Below, one piece after another: positions 36,996-45,793 of a DNA stretch of 64,000 nt. A program made the translations under genes and the position numbers. The notes beneath the pieces were generated by a model that had not been told where the DNA came from, made no database searches, and was given only the letters and a program-made list of their open reading frames with translations. The DNA lies in the NCBI GenBank assembly GCA_020348925.1, contig CP070758.1, positions 4,461,775 to 4,525,774 on the forward strand, written 5' to 3'. The DNA is from Gemmatimonadota bacterium (GTDB taxonomy: Bacteria > JBHIER01 > G020348925). Position 1 is the stretch's first letter. Every line of letters starts with the position of its first letter.

Positions 36996-39914
36996 ATGAA
37001 ACGGTTCCTCGTTGTGGCAGCCGTGAGTGCTTTGTGTTGTGTTGTCGGTGGAGTAAAATCTGAAGATACCCAGAGGAAATTGGTCAGGATCGATCTCACG
37101 GGCCAGAAGAGAGAAACCGTCCAACAGTTTTTAAACTCTCAACCGGATATCACCTCCTTCGACCCTGAAGGAAATACGGTGGACGTCATTTTGGAATTGG
37201 AACATCTTCAAAATGTGGAAGCGCTCCGTCTGCCTGTCTCTGTCCTCATCGATGATCTCCATGCCTACGAAAGGGATTTGCGGTTGAAGGGATACTTGGA
37301 TCGATTCCATACGTATGCACAGATGCTTGGGGAGTTGGAGCGGATTGCCGCCGAACATCCCGATATCGCCAAGCTCTTCGACATCGGCGATTCTTGGGAA
37401 AAAACCCAGGGGATTGCGGACAGGGATATATGGGCCATGAAGATATCCGACAACGTCGAACGTCAAGAAGTTCAGGAGGCGGAGGTGCTTTACATGGGTT
37501 GCCATCACGCCCGAGAAATCATAACTCCGGAAATCCTTCTCGCTTTGATGGACTATCTTGTGGAACATTACGGATCGGATTCCTCGGTAACGGACCTCGT
37601 TGATAACCGGCAGTTGTGGTTTGTGCCCATGGTCAATCCTGACGGTCACAGCTACGTCTGGACAACCAATATATGGTGGCGGAAGAACCGCAAGGATAAC
37701 GGTGACGGTACCTTTGGTGTCGATTTGAACAGAAATTACGGGTACATGTGGGGCTATAACAACGTTGGCTCCAGTTCGAGATCATCGAGTGAGACGTACC
37801 GCGGTCCCGCTCCCTTTTCCGAGCCCGAAACCCAGGCCGTTCGTGATTTTGTCGAGGAGCACACCTTTATCGCTTCCCTGTCCTACCACAGCTACGGAAA
37901 TCTTTTCCTTTTTCCCTGGGGCTATATCCCGGAGAATACTCCTGATCATGATGCTTTTCTGGCCATCGGTGACAGCGCCACCGTCTTCAACGGGTATTTT
38001 GCTGGAAATTTGGCTATGGGTGCATTATACGAGACCAACGGTGATTCGGACGATTGGCTCTACGGTGAGCAGACGACAAAATATAAGATCTTGGCTTTCA
38101 CCCCGGAAGTCGGAAGCCGTGACGACGGATTTCACCCGGATACGAGCCGAATCCTCCCTCTCATCGCGGAGAATCTTTGGCCGAACATCTTTGTTGCACG
38201 TATCGCCAAAAACCATATGCCACGGCCTCTAATTCTCCACACACCGCTTGATGATACGGAAGATGCGGGTGGTCCGTACACTGTGATCGCCCGGATTACG
38301 TCCCCTGTGTATCCTCTCGATACAAGCAGTCCGAGGATATACTATAACACGACAGGAGTGCCGCCCTTCGAATCTGTGGCCATGTACCCCACGGATTCAA
38401 CCGATGTTTTTGAGGGGCATATCCCTGGTTTCGGAGAGGAGGTGCACTTATACTACTATATGGCTGCATCGGATACCGTTCCTCTGACCGGGTATGCGCC
38501 CCCGCATGCGCCGGACAGTCTCTATACCTTCTATGTCGGGGCCGATATCGTCGCTCCGGTGATCACGCATCAACCGAGAGTTCATCGGTCGGCCTCTCAT
38601 GCCTCGCTGTGCATCGATGCGAATGTCACTGATAATCTCGGCGTGAGAGAGGTGCAACTCCACTATCGAATCAATGATGGTGTCGGCAGTTCGACCGTCA
38701 TGGATCACCACCATTCATATTTCTACCGCGGCTGCATCGATATCGAATTCCCTAGCGTAGGTGATTACGTTGAATATTCCATTGTCGCAACGGATAGTGC
38801 GACACATGCCAACACAGTTCGAGCTCCTGAGTCAGGGTTTTATTACGTACTTCTTATCGAGAGCATTGAATTCGATTTCGAGGAAGATGACGGCGGTTTT
38901 GTGACTGAGGGTGAGGGCGATTGGGAGTGGGGGAGGCCGATCACCGGTCCTCAATCTGCCCATTCCGGTGCGAAGGTTTGGGCCACGAACCTCAGTGGAC
39001 CCTATCGCGATCTGTCCGATTCCAGGTTGGTCATACCGAACATTGATCTGAGCGATTATGTCGGAGCAACCCTCACCTTCTATCATTGGTATCAAAGCGA
39101 AAGTGTTTCCGGTGTTCTTTTGGACGGCGGTAATGTGAAGATTGCCCCCGATGGAGAGCCGTACCACGTTCTCACGCCTGTCCAGGGTTACGACAGCAGC
39201 CTCGTCCCTATTGGAAATCCCCTGGGTGGGGAGCGCGCCTACGGCGGGACGATCGGTGCGGGTAATTTCTGGCATCAGGAGGTGTTCGAACTATCGCCCT
39301 ATGCACACCGCGTTGTCTTTCTTCGTTTTCATTTCGGGAGTAACGAAACCGTCACAGGCCCAGGGTGGTATATTGACGACGTTGAGATCAAACTCGCATC
39401 ATCAAAAATACCCGCCTTCCGCAATACAACGGCCATGGACAGCACGGACAATACCCGGGGTCCTTATGAAATTTTCTCTTCGATTATGGACGATGGAGAC
39501 ATCACGGAGGCGTCTCTTCTCTTCAGAACCCAAGGGGCACCTTCTTTCGAGAGCCTGCCTATGACCGAGGTCGTACCGTACCTTCTTCGGGGCGAGCTCC
39601 CCGGTCAACCTCTGGGGACAGACGTGTCTTACTATATTCGGGCCGAAGACGATGCTCACAATGTCGTCGTTGATCCACCCGATGCTCCGGATGCTCTCTA
39701 TCATTTCGTGGTGGCACATCAATGCGGTACGAAGGGGGATGTCAATGGCGACGAATCACATGATGTGCGCGATGTTATTCTGACCGTCGCCATCTCTCTC
39801 GATGCCAGTGATCATGATCCTTGTGATCTGTGGAGGGCTGATTTCAATGGGGATGGCACGGTCGATGTTTTGGATGTGCTCAGTATTGTCTCGGTGATCA
39901 TAGAGGGTAGATAG
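36996..39914 (+). CDS. Secreted M14-family zinc carboxypeptidase with a large C-terminal extension ending in a dockerin-like module
   Basis: Signal peptide MKRFLVVAAVSALCCVVGG. M14 motifs HAREIITPE, NPDG, DLNRNY and SYHSYG are present. The C-terminus has two Ca-binding loops, GDVNGDESHDVRDV and ADFNGDGTVDVLDV. Confidence 0.8.
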   Translation: MKRFLVVAAVSALCCVVGGVKSEDTQRKLVRIDLTGQKRETVQQFLNSQPDITSFDPEGNTVDVILELEHLQNVEALRLPVSVLIDDLHAYERDLRLKGYLDRFHTYAQMLGELERIAAEHPDIAKLFDIGDSWEKTQGIADRDIWAMKISDNVERQEVQEAEVLYMGCHHAREIITPEILLALMDYLVEHYGSDSSVTDLVDNRQLWFVPMVNPDGHSYVWTTNIWWRKNRKDNGDGTFGVDLNRNYGYMWGYNNVGSSSRSSSETYRGPAPFSEPETQAVRDFVEEHTFIASLSYHSYGNLFLFPWGYIPENTPDHDAFLAIGDSATVFNGYFAGNLAMGALYETNGDSDDWLYGEQTTKYKILAFTPEVGSRDDGFHPDTSRILPLIAENLWPNIFVARIAKNHMPRPLILHTPLDDTEDAGGPYTVIARITSPVYPLDTSSPRIYYNTTGVPPFESVAMYPTDSTDVFEGHIPGFGEEVHLYYYMAASDTVPLTGYAPPHAPDSLYTFYVGADIVAPVITHQPRVHRSASHASLCIDANVTDNLGVREVQLHYRINDGVGSSTVMDHHHSYFYRGCIDIEFPSVGDYVEYSIVATDSATHANTVRAPESGFYYVLLIESIEFDFEEDDGGFVTEGEGDWEWGRPITGPQSAHSGAKVWATNLSGPYRDLSDSRLVIPNIDLSDYVGATLTFYHWYQSESVSGVLLDGGNVKIAPDGEPYHVLTPVQGYDSSLVPIGNPLGGERAYGGTIGAGNFWHQEVFELSPYAHRVVFLRFHFGSNETVTGPGWYIDDVEIKLASSKIPAFRNTTAMDSTDNTRGPYEIFSSIMDDGDITEASLLFRTQGAPSFESLPMTEVVPYLLRGELPGQPLGTDVSYYIRAEDDAHNVVVDPPDAPDALYHFVVAHQCGTKGDVNGDESHDVRDVILTVAISLDASDHDPCDLWRADFNGDGTVDVLDVLSIVSVIIEGR

Positions 39915-40313
39915 CGTCGATGGAACACCGGTATGTGATGGCATCGAATGGAGCGGGTTCATACGGCCCGGTGAACCATCCTGTTCCTATCCGGAAGTTG
40001 ATCGCCTCAGGTATCTTACCCGAGACACTTTTCCCGTGGGCTTCACAGGCCAGGTAAACTGTGAAGCTAACTGAGAGCGGGTCCTTGAGGAGCTGCTCCT
40101 TGATGTCCGCCGGTGTTTTGGGTTCTTTATTCCCATTGATAAAGTCCCAGCAGGTGATGGAAATTGCCTGTTCCCGCCAGTCCGGCAGCCGTCCTCGAAG
40201 GGTTGATCGATACTTTCTTCACCGGTCATATAGGGAAAACAGGAATCGCTGGGGACACCGTGTTCGAACAGATATTCGGCTCCGTATTGGATCTGCCAAT
40301 AATTCCAAAAGAG
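39903..40313 (-). pseudogene. Possible relic of a papain-like (C1) cysteine peptidase, frame-broken and lacking the catalytic N-terminal part
   Basis: Two - strand frames read FWNYWQIQYGAEYLFEHGVPSDSCFPY..EDGC and DWREQAISI..ADIKEQLLKDPLSVSFTVY. These resemble the middle region of C1 peptidases (GG..A..Y....G...E.CYPY / IK.AL...GPVSV...VY). There is no start codon and no Cys or His catalytic motif. Confidence 0.3.
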
Positions 40314-40321
40314 TTCTAACT

Positions 40322-41281
40322 ATGAGATATTGGTTGAAAGTACTCGTAATGGCCCTTTTGATATGCCTTTCCATCAATCTTTTGGCCCAACCGTATGAAG
40401 GTGAAAAGGGTGATGTAAATAATGACGGGAACCTCAATGTTTTAGATATAATATTCACCTCTCGTCATATAGTAGGAATTGATACCTTGAATGAACAAGA
40501 GTTATGGAGGGCAGACTGTAATTCCCACAAAGGAAGCTGTCGCGGTGATGGCAGCGTTGACATACGTGACGCAAAAAAAATTGTAGATATAATCATGAGG
40601 CTTGATGAGTGCCTTGAACTACCGAAAGATATAGATGGAAATATATACGACATCGTGAAAATCGGTCATCAAGTGTGGATGGCCGAGAACCTGAAAGTTA
40701 CTCGCTACCGCAATGGCGATCCCATACCCAATATCACCAGCAATTCGGAGTGGACTCATATGAGTACCGGGGCCTACTGTAATTATGCCAATGATGCCCA
40801 TAATGTCCCTGTTTATGGGCGGTTGTACAATTGGTATGCCGTGAACGACAGTCGCGGCCTCGCCCCTGAGGGCTGGCATGTGCCCACTGATGGAGAGTGG
40901 AAACAACTGGAAATGGATCTGGGCATGAGCCAGTCGGAAGCTGATGACAAATATTTGCGCGGGAGGGACGAAGGCGGCAAATTGAAGGCAACCGGGACCA
41001 TTGAAGGGGGAGATGGGTTGTGGTTTTCCCCTAACACAGGCGCCACCAACGAGAGCGGATTCTCCGCGTTGCCTGGCGGGGACCGCTACGGCGACTATGG
41101 ACCTTTCTACAGCATGGGGTACCTCGCCCGCTTTTGGTCTTCTACGGAGCTCGACGGTTCCTACGCCTGGTACCGGCGTCTGTCTCATTCCAATTCACAG
41201 GTCTACCGCGGCAACTACTTAAAGCAGGACGGATTTTCGGTTCGATGTGTCAGGGATTGGGTGTGCCCGGCGAATCCATGA
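40322..41281 (+). CDS. Secreted dockerin-like module fused to a Fibrobacter succinogenes major paralogous (FISUMP) domain
   Basis: A signal peptide MRYWLKVLVMALLICLSINLLA is followed by GDVNNDGNLNVLDI and GDGSVDIRDAKKIV loops. The FISUMP pattern follows: DGNIYDIVKIGHQVWMAENLKVTRYRNGD..GRLYNWYAV..LAPEGWHVPTDGEWKQLE..GFSALPGG..FWSSTE..GFSVRCVRD. The ORF track's upstream extension to 40061 has no support. Confidence 0.8.
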   Translation: MRYWLKVLVMALLICLSINLLAQPYEGEKGDVNNDGNLNVLDIIFTSRHIVGIDTLNEQELWRADCNSHKGSCRGDGSVDIRDAKKIVDIIMRLDECLELPKDIDGNIYDIVKIGHQVWMAENLKVTRYRNGDPIPNITSNSEWTHMSTGAYCNYANDAHNVPVYGRLYNWYAVNDSRGLAPEGWHVPTDGEWKQLEMDLGMSQSEADDKYLRGRDEGGKLKATGTIEGGDGLWFSPNTGATNESGFSALPGGDRYGDYGPFYSMGYLARFWSSTELDGSYAWYRRLSHSNSQVYRGNYLKQDGFSVRCVRDWVCPANP

Positions 41282-41544
41282 GTGAGCAGAGGCGCACTGT
41301 TCACTCACGGAGGAACTCGAATGAAGATGGTGGAGGGTAAACAGTACCACCTCAGAGATGGTTGTGTGCAGGCTTGATCCACCGATAGGGGCTGTCAGAC
41401 GTATCGATCAAACCGCCCTGCGGTGCTTTTATCCAGTGATAGAGGTGCTGAAGATTTCCGTGAATTTTGGAGAAAACGGATTGAATTGCTCAAAATCCAC
41501 CACTCATGTTTCTCTTTGAAAGGCATCATTTGTAAGGAAAAGAG

Positions 41545-41573
41545 TTGACAAAAAAGTCTGAAAATGCTATGCT
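41545..41573 (+). promoter_or_regulatory. Sigma70-type promoter candidate
   Basis: TTGACA (41545-41550), a 17-nt spacer, then TATGCT (41568-41573). It lies about 120 nt upstream of ATG 41694. Confidence 0.5.
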
Positions 41574-41693
41574 TGTGCTATGTTTGTGTGTGCAAATGTA
41601 TGTTTCCTGGTAAGAACAGCAGGCCTTTATAGGGAAAACATCTTGAAGGTTCACAGATGGGGTCGGTATCTTCCTTCACAGGAGGGTAGCGTG

Positions 41694-42785
41694 ATGAAAA
41701 AGGTTTACTCGGTAGCGTTTGTACTTCTTTTTGTGTTTATTCTTGTTGTGGCCGCAAACGCGATAGAGAAGAAAGAGGTGACTCCCATTTCGGGGGCGCA
41801 GCCCGGTGAAAGGTCAGCCCCGAAGAGCGTCAAGGTGGAGGGCACCGCAAATGGGCGCGGAATTACAAAAACCGATGGTTTCGGGAGGTCGGTGTTATCG
41901 GGTTTTTTTGACCCAGGGGGTACTAATTGACATATTATGACCCGGGTGTGTGCGGATATCCCTATAGTGGGTGGTCAGAGCCTGGGTTCGCTGGAGGACA
42001 TCTTTGAACCAGCGAGGTTGATCTGGGCGGCCGATACCAATGGCGATCAGTTGGTCAATGTGATCGATTTGATGAAGTGCATCAACGGGGCGGTGGGCGT
42101 GTGCGATCCGAAGGTGGCCGTGGCCGATGTTGAGGTGGGCGATGTGGTGGGTGTGTCGGGTCGGACGGTGGCGGTGCCTGTAAGTGTCTTCTCGGAGGCG
42201 GATGTGGTCGGTGTGGTGCTGCGGTTGCGTTACGATGAGAGCGTTGTGCGGGCCGGGGAGCCGGAGTTGACGGTTCGGTCGGAGGGGATGGATGTGCATG
42301 CCAGGGTGATCGACGATGAGCTGGTGGTCTTCCTGTCAAGCCAGGGGGGAGCGGTCATTGAGGCCGGAGCCGGGACGGTGGTGAAGGTGCCCTTGACGCT
42401 GACTGGTGATGTGTCGGAGGTGGGCATCGAGGTGGTGGAGCCGATCGTCTTCACAGTGGATGAGGCCATCGCCTTCGGGCACGGCTCGATCTTCGTGGTC
42501 AAGTCGGAGGATCTGGTGCCGGCCGAGTACAGTCTGGCTCAGAACTACCCGAACCCCTTCAACCCGGTGACGTCGATCGCCTACAGTCTGCCAGAGGCGG
42601 CCAAGGTCAAGGTGTTTGTCTATAACACCCTGGGCCAGGTTGTGGCCGAGTTGGTGGACGGCGATCGGGAGGCCGGTCGTCATGTGGTCACGTGGGATGC
42701 CGCTGAGTTGGCCAGTGGGATCTACTTTTACCGGATGGAGGCTAATGAATTCACATCAACGAGGCGCATGATTCTCATGAAATAA
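41694..42785 (+). CDS. Cohesin-like, T9SS-sorted surface protein, interrupted by an in-frame TGA at 41928-41930 (ORFs 41694..41930 and 41937..42785 share a frame)
   Basis: The 5' ORF has GGAGGG followed by ATG and the signal peptide MKKVYSVAFVLLFVFILVVAANA. The 3' ORF has no signal peptide. It carries a dockerin-like loop (DTNGDQLVNVIDL) and a cohesin-like block (VEVGDVVGVSGRTVAVPVSVFSEADVVGVVLRLRYDESVV). It ends in a T9SS type-A sorting domain (LAQNYPNPFNPVTSIAYSLP..VKVFVYNTLGQVV..LASGIYFYRMEA..RRMILMK). Confidence 0.7.
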
Positions 42786-43336
42786 GATAAAGTTCCTGTT
42801 GAGCAAAGTTTGCTGACCTTGGGTTTAATCCCCTGGTGCCCTTTTTCTCACTTTGTCACAGGAAAACAGGGGTGACTTCTGTAAATCTTGATGAAACCAG
42901 TGAATATGTAACCAAATACAAAATTGTACAATATCTTTGATACACCACCTTGGAGGAGGAAGAAGAAAAAAAATAAAATATAACCATGTCGACTGATTAC
43001 ATCTCACAGTTCCAATTGAGTTGTGAGACTTTAAAAAAGAAGTACTCTGCTTATTTTAAAAAAGTGGCTCAACTCCTTTGTTGAAATCTTTATTCACCGC
43101 ATAATGTCATAATGGTTCTCTTTTCCCTCACGTGTATCCTCCTGAGACAATACTGCAAAATACACATGCACGAAGTTGAAAAATTTCCTCATATTGGGTG
43201 ATATGATCCATGCAGTGTGCGCACAATATTTTTTTGGGAACATAAAACTCATTCAACTGTAAGAAGTTACATGTGATACGCTCAATTCACATGGCGGAGG
43301 CACATCTTTTGCTCTTTTACAGGAACAGCCTGTGGG

Positions 43337-43828
43337 ATGGGAAGAGATGTGACTGTGAAGACGAAACACATTGTACTGGTTCTTGTTACCCTCATGATCA
43401 TCGGTTGTTCGACAACGCAGCCGATACGGTGGGTTTCAACGCCTGAGTATGAGGTCGAGTACGATCTGGCCTGGGATTTGACGATCGGGCTTATCAGTGA
43501 GCATTTCGATATCGAAGCCGCCGAGAAGAGAGGGGGATATCTTCAAACGGAGTGGAGAATTATCGATCTTTCAGAAAATGATGCCGAGGCGCTTGAGGAG
43601 GTTGATAAGGTCGGGGTTCGACTCACGTGCCGTGTTGAGGGGCGCTTTCCCTTTCAACTGAAGATGAAAGTGGAACGAGGTCTCTACAGGGACGGGATGT
43701 GGGTTCCCGTCTGGGTGGATTATTCGCGGGAATCGATCTGTCAGACGTGCACCGGTTCCCAAGAGTGGATTGATGAAGAGCTGGAGAAGGAAATTCTTCA
43801 AAAACTGAGTGTGAGACTTACCAATTAA
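43337..43828 (+). CDS. Hypothetical lipoprotein
   Basis: It has a signal peptide with a lipobox (LVLVTLMIIGCS). I do not recognise any domain. Confidence 0.5.
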   Translation: MGRDVTVKTKHIVLVLVTLMIIGCSTTQPIRWVSTPEYEVEYDLAWDLTIGLISEHFDIEAAEKRGGYLQTEWRIIDLSENDAEALEEVDKVGVRLTCRVEGRFPFQLKMKVERGLYRDGMWVPVWVDYSRESICQTCTGSQEWIDEELEKEILQKLSVRLTN

Positions 43829-43884
43829 CCACATTTCGTGATTCCCCGCAGACACTTGTATCTTTCATTTTCCGTACTTTTCGT

Positions 43885-45696
43885 TCAGCCCTGGGGTAAT
43901 TTGGGTTCGACCATAAGGGTTTTTTCCCGTTCTATGATGACGGTTCCGGGAGCAGCGCCTTTCGGCTTGCGCACGTACCGCCTCTCCGTATAGCTGACAG
44001 GAACAAATGCCGCCGTGCGCGATTTGCTGAAATAGGCTGCCACGCTTGCGGCTTCGTGTATGGTGGCTTTATCCGGTTCTTCTCTGCCTTGGCGTCGCCG
44101 CAATACGACGTGGGAACCGGCCGTTCCGCGAGCGTGAAACCACAGGTCGTTGGGCGCAGCAAGGTGAAAGGTGACGATGTCGTTTTCCTTATTGTTTCTT
44201 CCGACCAAGACGTCCCAACCGGACGAGGTGCAGAATGTGCGAAAGTGCCGTTTCTGAGAAGCGGTTCTCCTCCCTTTCGGTTTCTTTTCAGACAGGATAC
44301 CGGCATCTACCATTTTCCTCTGGAATGCGAGGAGCGTTTTCTGATCTTTGGCCCTCTCGAATTCGAGTGAATACGTCTGGAGACGCTCAAGGTTTTGATC
44401 GATAAGAAGGAGTCGTTTTTCGAGAATACCTTTGGCGGTTTTCGCTTTTTTGGCCTTGCGGAAATACGCCTTGGCGTTCTCCTGTGGTGACAGTTTCGGA
44501 TCAAGCTCTATGGTAATGTGAGGCCTGTCCGAGTGATAGTAGTCGATGACGTCAGCGTGATGTAAGCCCCTTTTGAGAAGGCCCATATTGGCCACCAGGA
44601 GCTCCCCTTTTCGTTGATATTCCTTTCCCTGTCGCGCGTTTTCAAGTTCCCTCTTGATGAGGTCCGCCGTGCGTTCCCAGTAGACTTTTTTTCGATGGAG
44701 TGCGGTTTGAATCTGCCCTCGCGCGTCATCCCGTTCGTGTTTCGACATAATCGAGGCGTAGTAGTATTCGAGAGCACGACTGATGCTTTTGAATTGTTTT
44801 TTCGGAGCAAGACCATAGTGCTGGAGCTCTATGGGGAAGCAGACAAGAGGATGGTTCTCTCGATTCATGTAGACGGTTGGTGATTCCTGACCGGATTGCA
44901 CAGTGTCAAAAAGAGCGCGTATCCTTTCCCACAACCTTTCCAGCTCTCCGTCGGTCAGCGACGAGATCAGTCTCTCGGAATGAATGTCCGCAAGATACAA
45001 AACCTCGACCGCGACCAATGTGCTCAGGGCCTGAACCGTTTTGACGAGACCATGGAGGACGGTTTCCTGCTCAAACGATCGGAGGGAGGACTCAAATTGT
45101 CCAAAATCCGCTTGACGGACTGCGATGCCGGATGGGATGGGGGGGGGAATATATTTGAGACCGGGGAGAATATGCCTGTAGCGACACATTGTCTCGTCTA
45201 TCTGTTTCCAGCACCACAGGATGATATCGTCCTCCGAGCGCGTCACGATCATGTTGCTCAGCCGTCCTGTGAGCTCCACAATAAGCTTCACATTGGAGTG
45301 AAGGAGCGATGCCTTTTTTTGAAGATGCATGATGAGAACTCTGTCCCATTGAAGCTGCTGAATCGATGTGATCGTCGTGTTGCGGAGGGCTTCTTGCATG
45401 TGACCGAGAAAAGAGGGAGCTTTGTTCGCAGAAAGAACGGGTTGCACCGTGAGATGCGCTCGATAAAACTGGGGGTGTAAGGATATGAGGAGGGCGAAGG
45501 GTTTCGAGCGATGTGATATGGCGAGAACAAAGGTGAAGGGATCATGCTGAAGAATGTGCCGGAGGGTACCAAATGCAATGGTACGCTTCAGTTCCGCAAC
45601 AAGTGTTCTCAGCGTTATGGTATCGTAACTCGTTTTTCCCAAAATAGAACCTCTTGAAGTTTCAACAATGATACGGTCAGGAAGGTCTCTTGTCAA
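43885..45696 (-). CDS. rqcH: NFACT-family ribosome quality control protein (RqcH / FbpA-like, with a DUF814 C-terminus)
   Basis: The C-terminus DLWFHARGTAGSHVVLRR...AASVAAYFSKSR....VPVSYTERRYVRKPKGAAPGTV is the NFACT-R/DUF814 signature. The N-terminal and coiled-coil architecture also fits. The start is TTG. Confidence 0.75.
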   Translation of the reverse strand: MTRDLPDRIIVETSRGSILGKTSYDTITLRTLVAELKRTIAFGTLRHILQHDPFTFVLAISHRSKPFALLISLHPQFYRAHLTVQPVLSANKAPSFLGHMQEALRNTTITSIQQLQWDRVLIMHLQKKASLLHSNVKLIVELTGRLSNMIVTRSEDDIILWCWKQIDETMCRYRHILPGLKYIPPPIPSGIAVRQADFGQFESSLRSFEQETVLHGLVKTVQALSTLVAVEVLYLADIHSERLISSLTDGELERLWERIRALFDTVQSGQESPTVYMNRENHPLVCFPIELQHYGLAPKKQFKSISRALEYYYASIMSKHERDDARGQIQTALHRKKVYWERTADLIKRELENARQGKEYQRKGELLVANMGLLKRGLHHADVIDYYHSDRPHITIELDPKLSPQENAKAYFRKAKKAKTAKGILEKRLLLIDQNLERLQTYSLEFERAKDQKTLLAFQRKMVDAGILSEKKPKGRRTASQKRHFRTFCTSSGWDVLVGRNNKENDIVTFHLAAPNDLWFHARGTAGSHVVLRRRQGREEPDKATIHEAASVAAYFSKSRTAAFVPVSYTERRYVRKPKGAAPGTVIIEREKTLMVEPKLPQG

Positions 45697-45793
45697 GTTT
45701 TTTCGAGTTTTTGTTGGACAACAGTCGAAATTAAATATTGACTTTCTTACTTATTTATAATAAATTATAAGGTTTTAAAAGGAGTTTATTGGG

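Noticed and set aside
40061-40321. The N-terminal 87-aa extension of the FISUMP ORF, starting at 40061
   Set aside because: The extension has no signal peptide or domain and overlaps the peptidase-relic region. A canonical signal peptide begins at ATG 40322.
40322-41500. A diversity-generating retroelement targeting the FISUMP or lectin-like C-terminus
   Set aside because: There is no reverse transcriptase gene in the window. I could find no template-repeat copy of the gene's 3' end in the flanking non-coding DNA.
41580-41693. The upstream start at 41580 for the signal-peptide ORF
   Set aside because: It would place 38 unlikely residues ahead of a textbook signal peptide. GGAGGG plus ATG at 41694 and a TTGACA-N17-TATGCT promoter ending at 41573 fit the shorter start.
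7832-41930. TGA reassigned genome-wide (genetic code 4 or 25) as the explanation for the two in-frame TGA codons
   Set aside because: Many well-conserved genes here end at TGA exactly where their families end. Examples are the NHL protein at 1328-1330, pilM at 5648-5650 (overlapping the pilN ATG), ftcD at 15780-15782, the EBP at 16879-16881, the GGDEF protein at 21457-21459 and the HD-GYP protein at 22577-22579. TGA is therefore a normal stop codon in this genome.
41937-42339. His/Pro/Arg-rich antisense ORFs (41895..42299 and 42082..42339, both on the - strand) in the GC-rich gene
   Set aside because: They are by-products of the G/T-rich coding strand (Val and Gly codons). They have no start context and no motifs.
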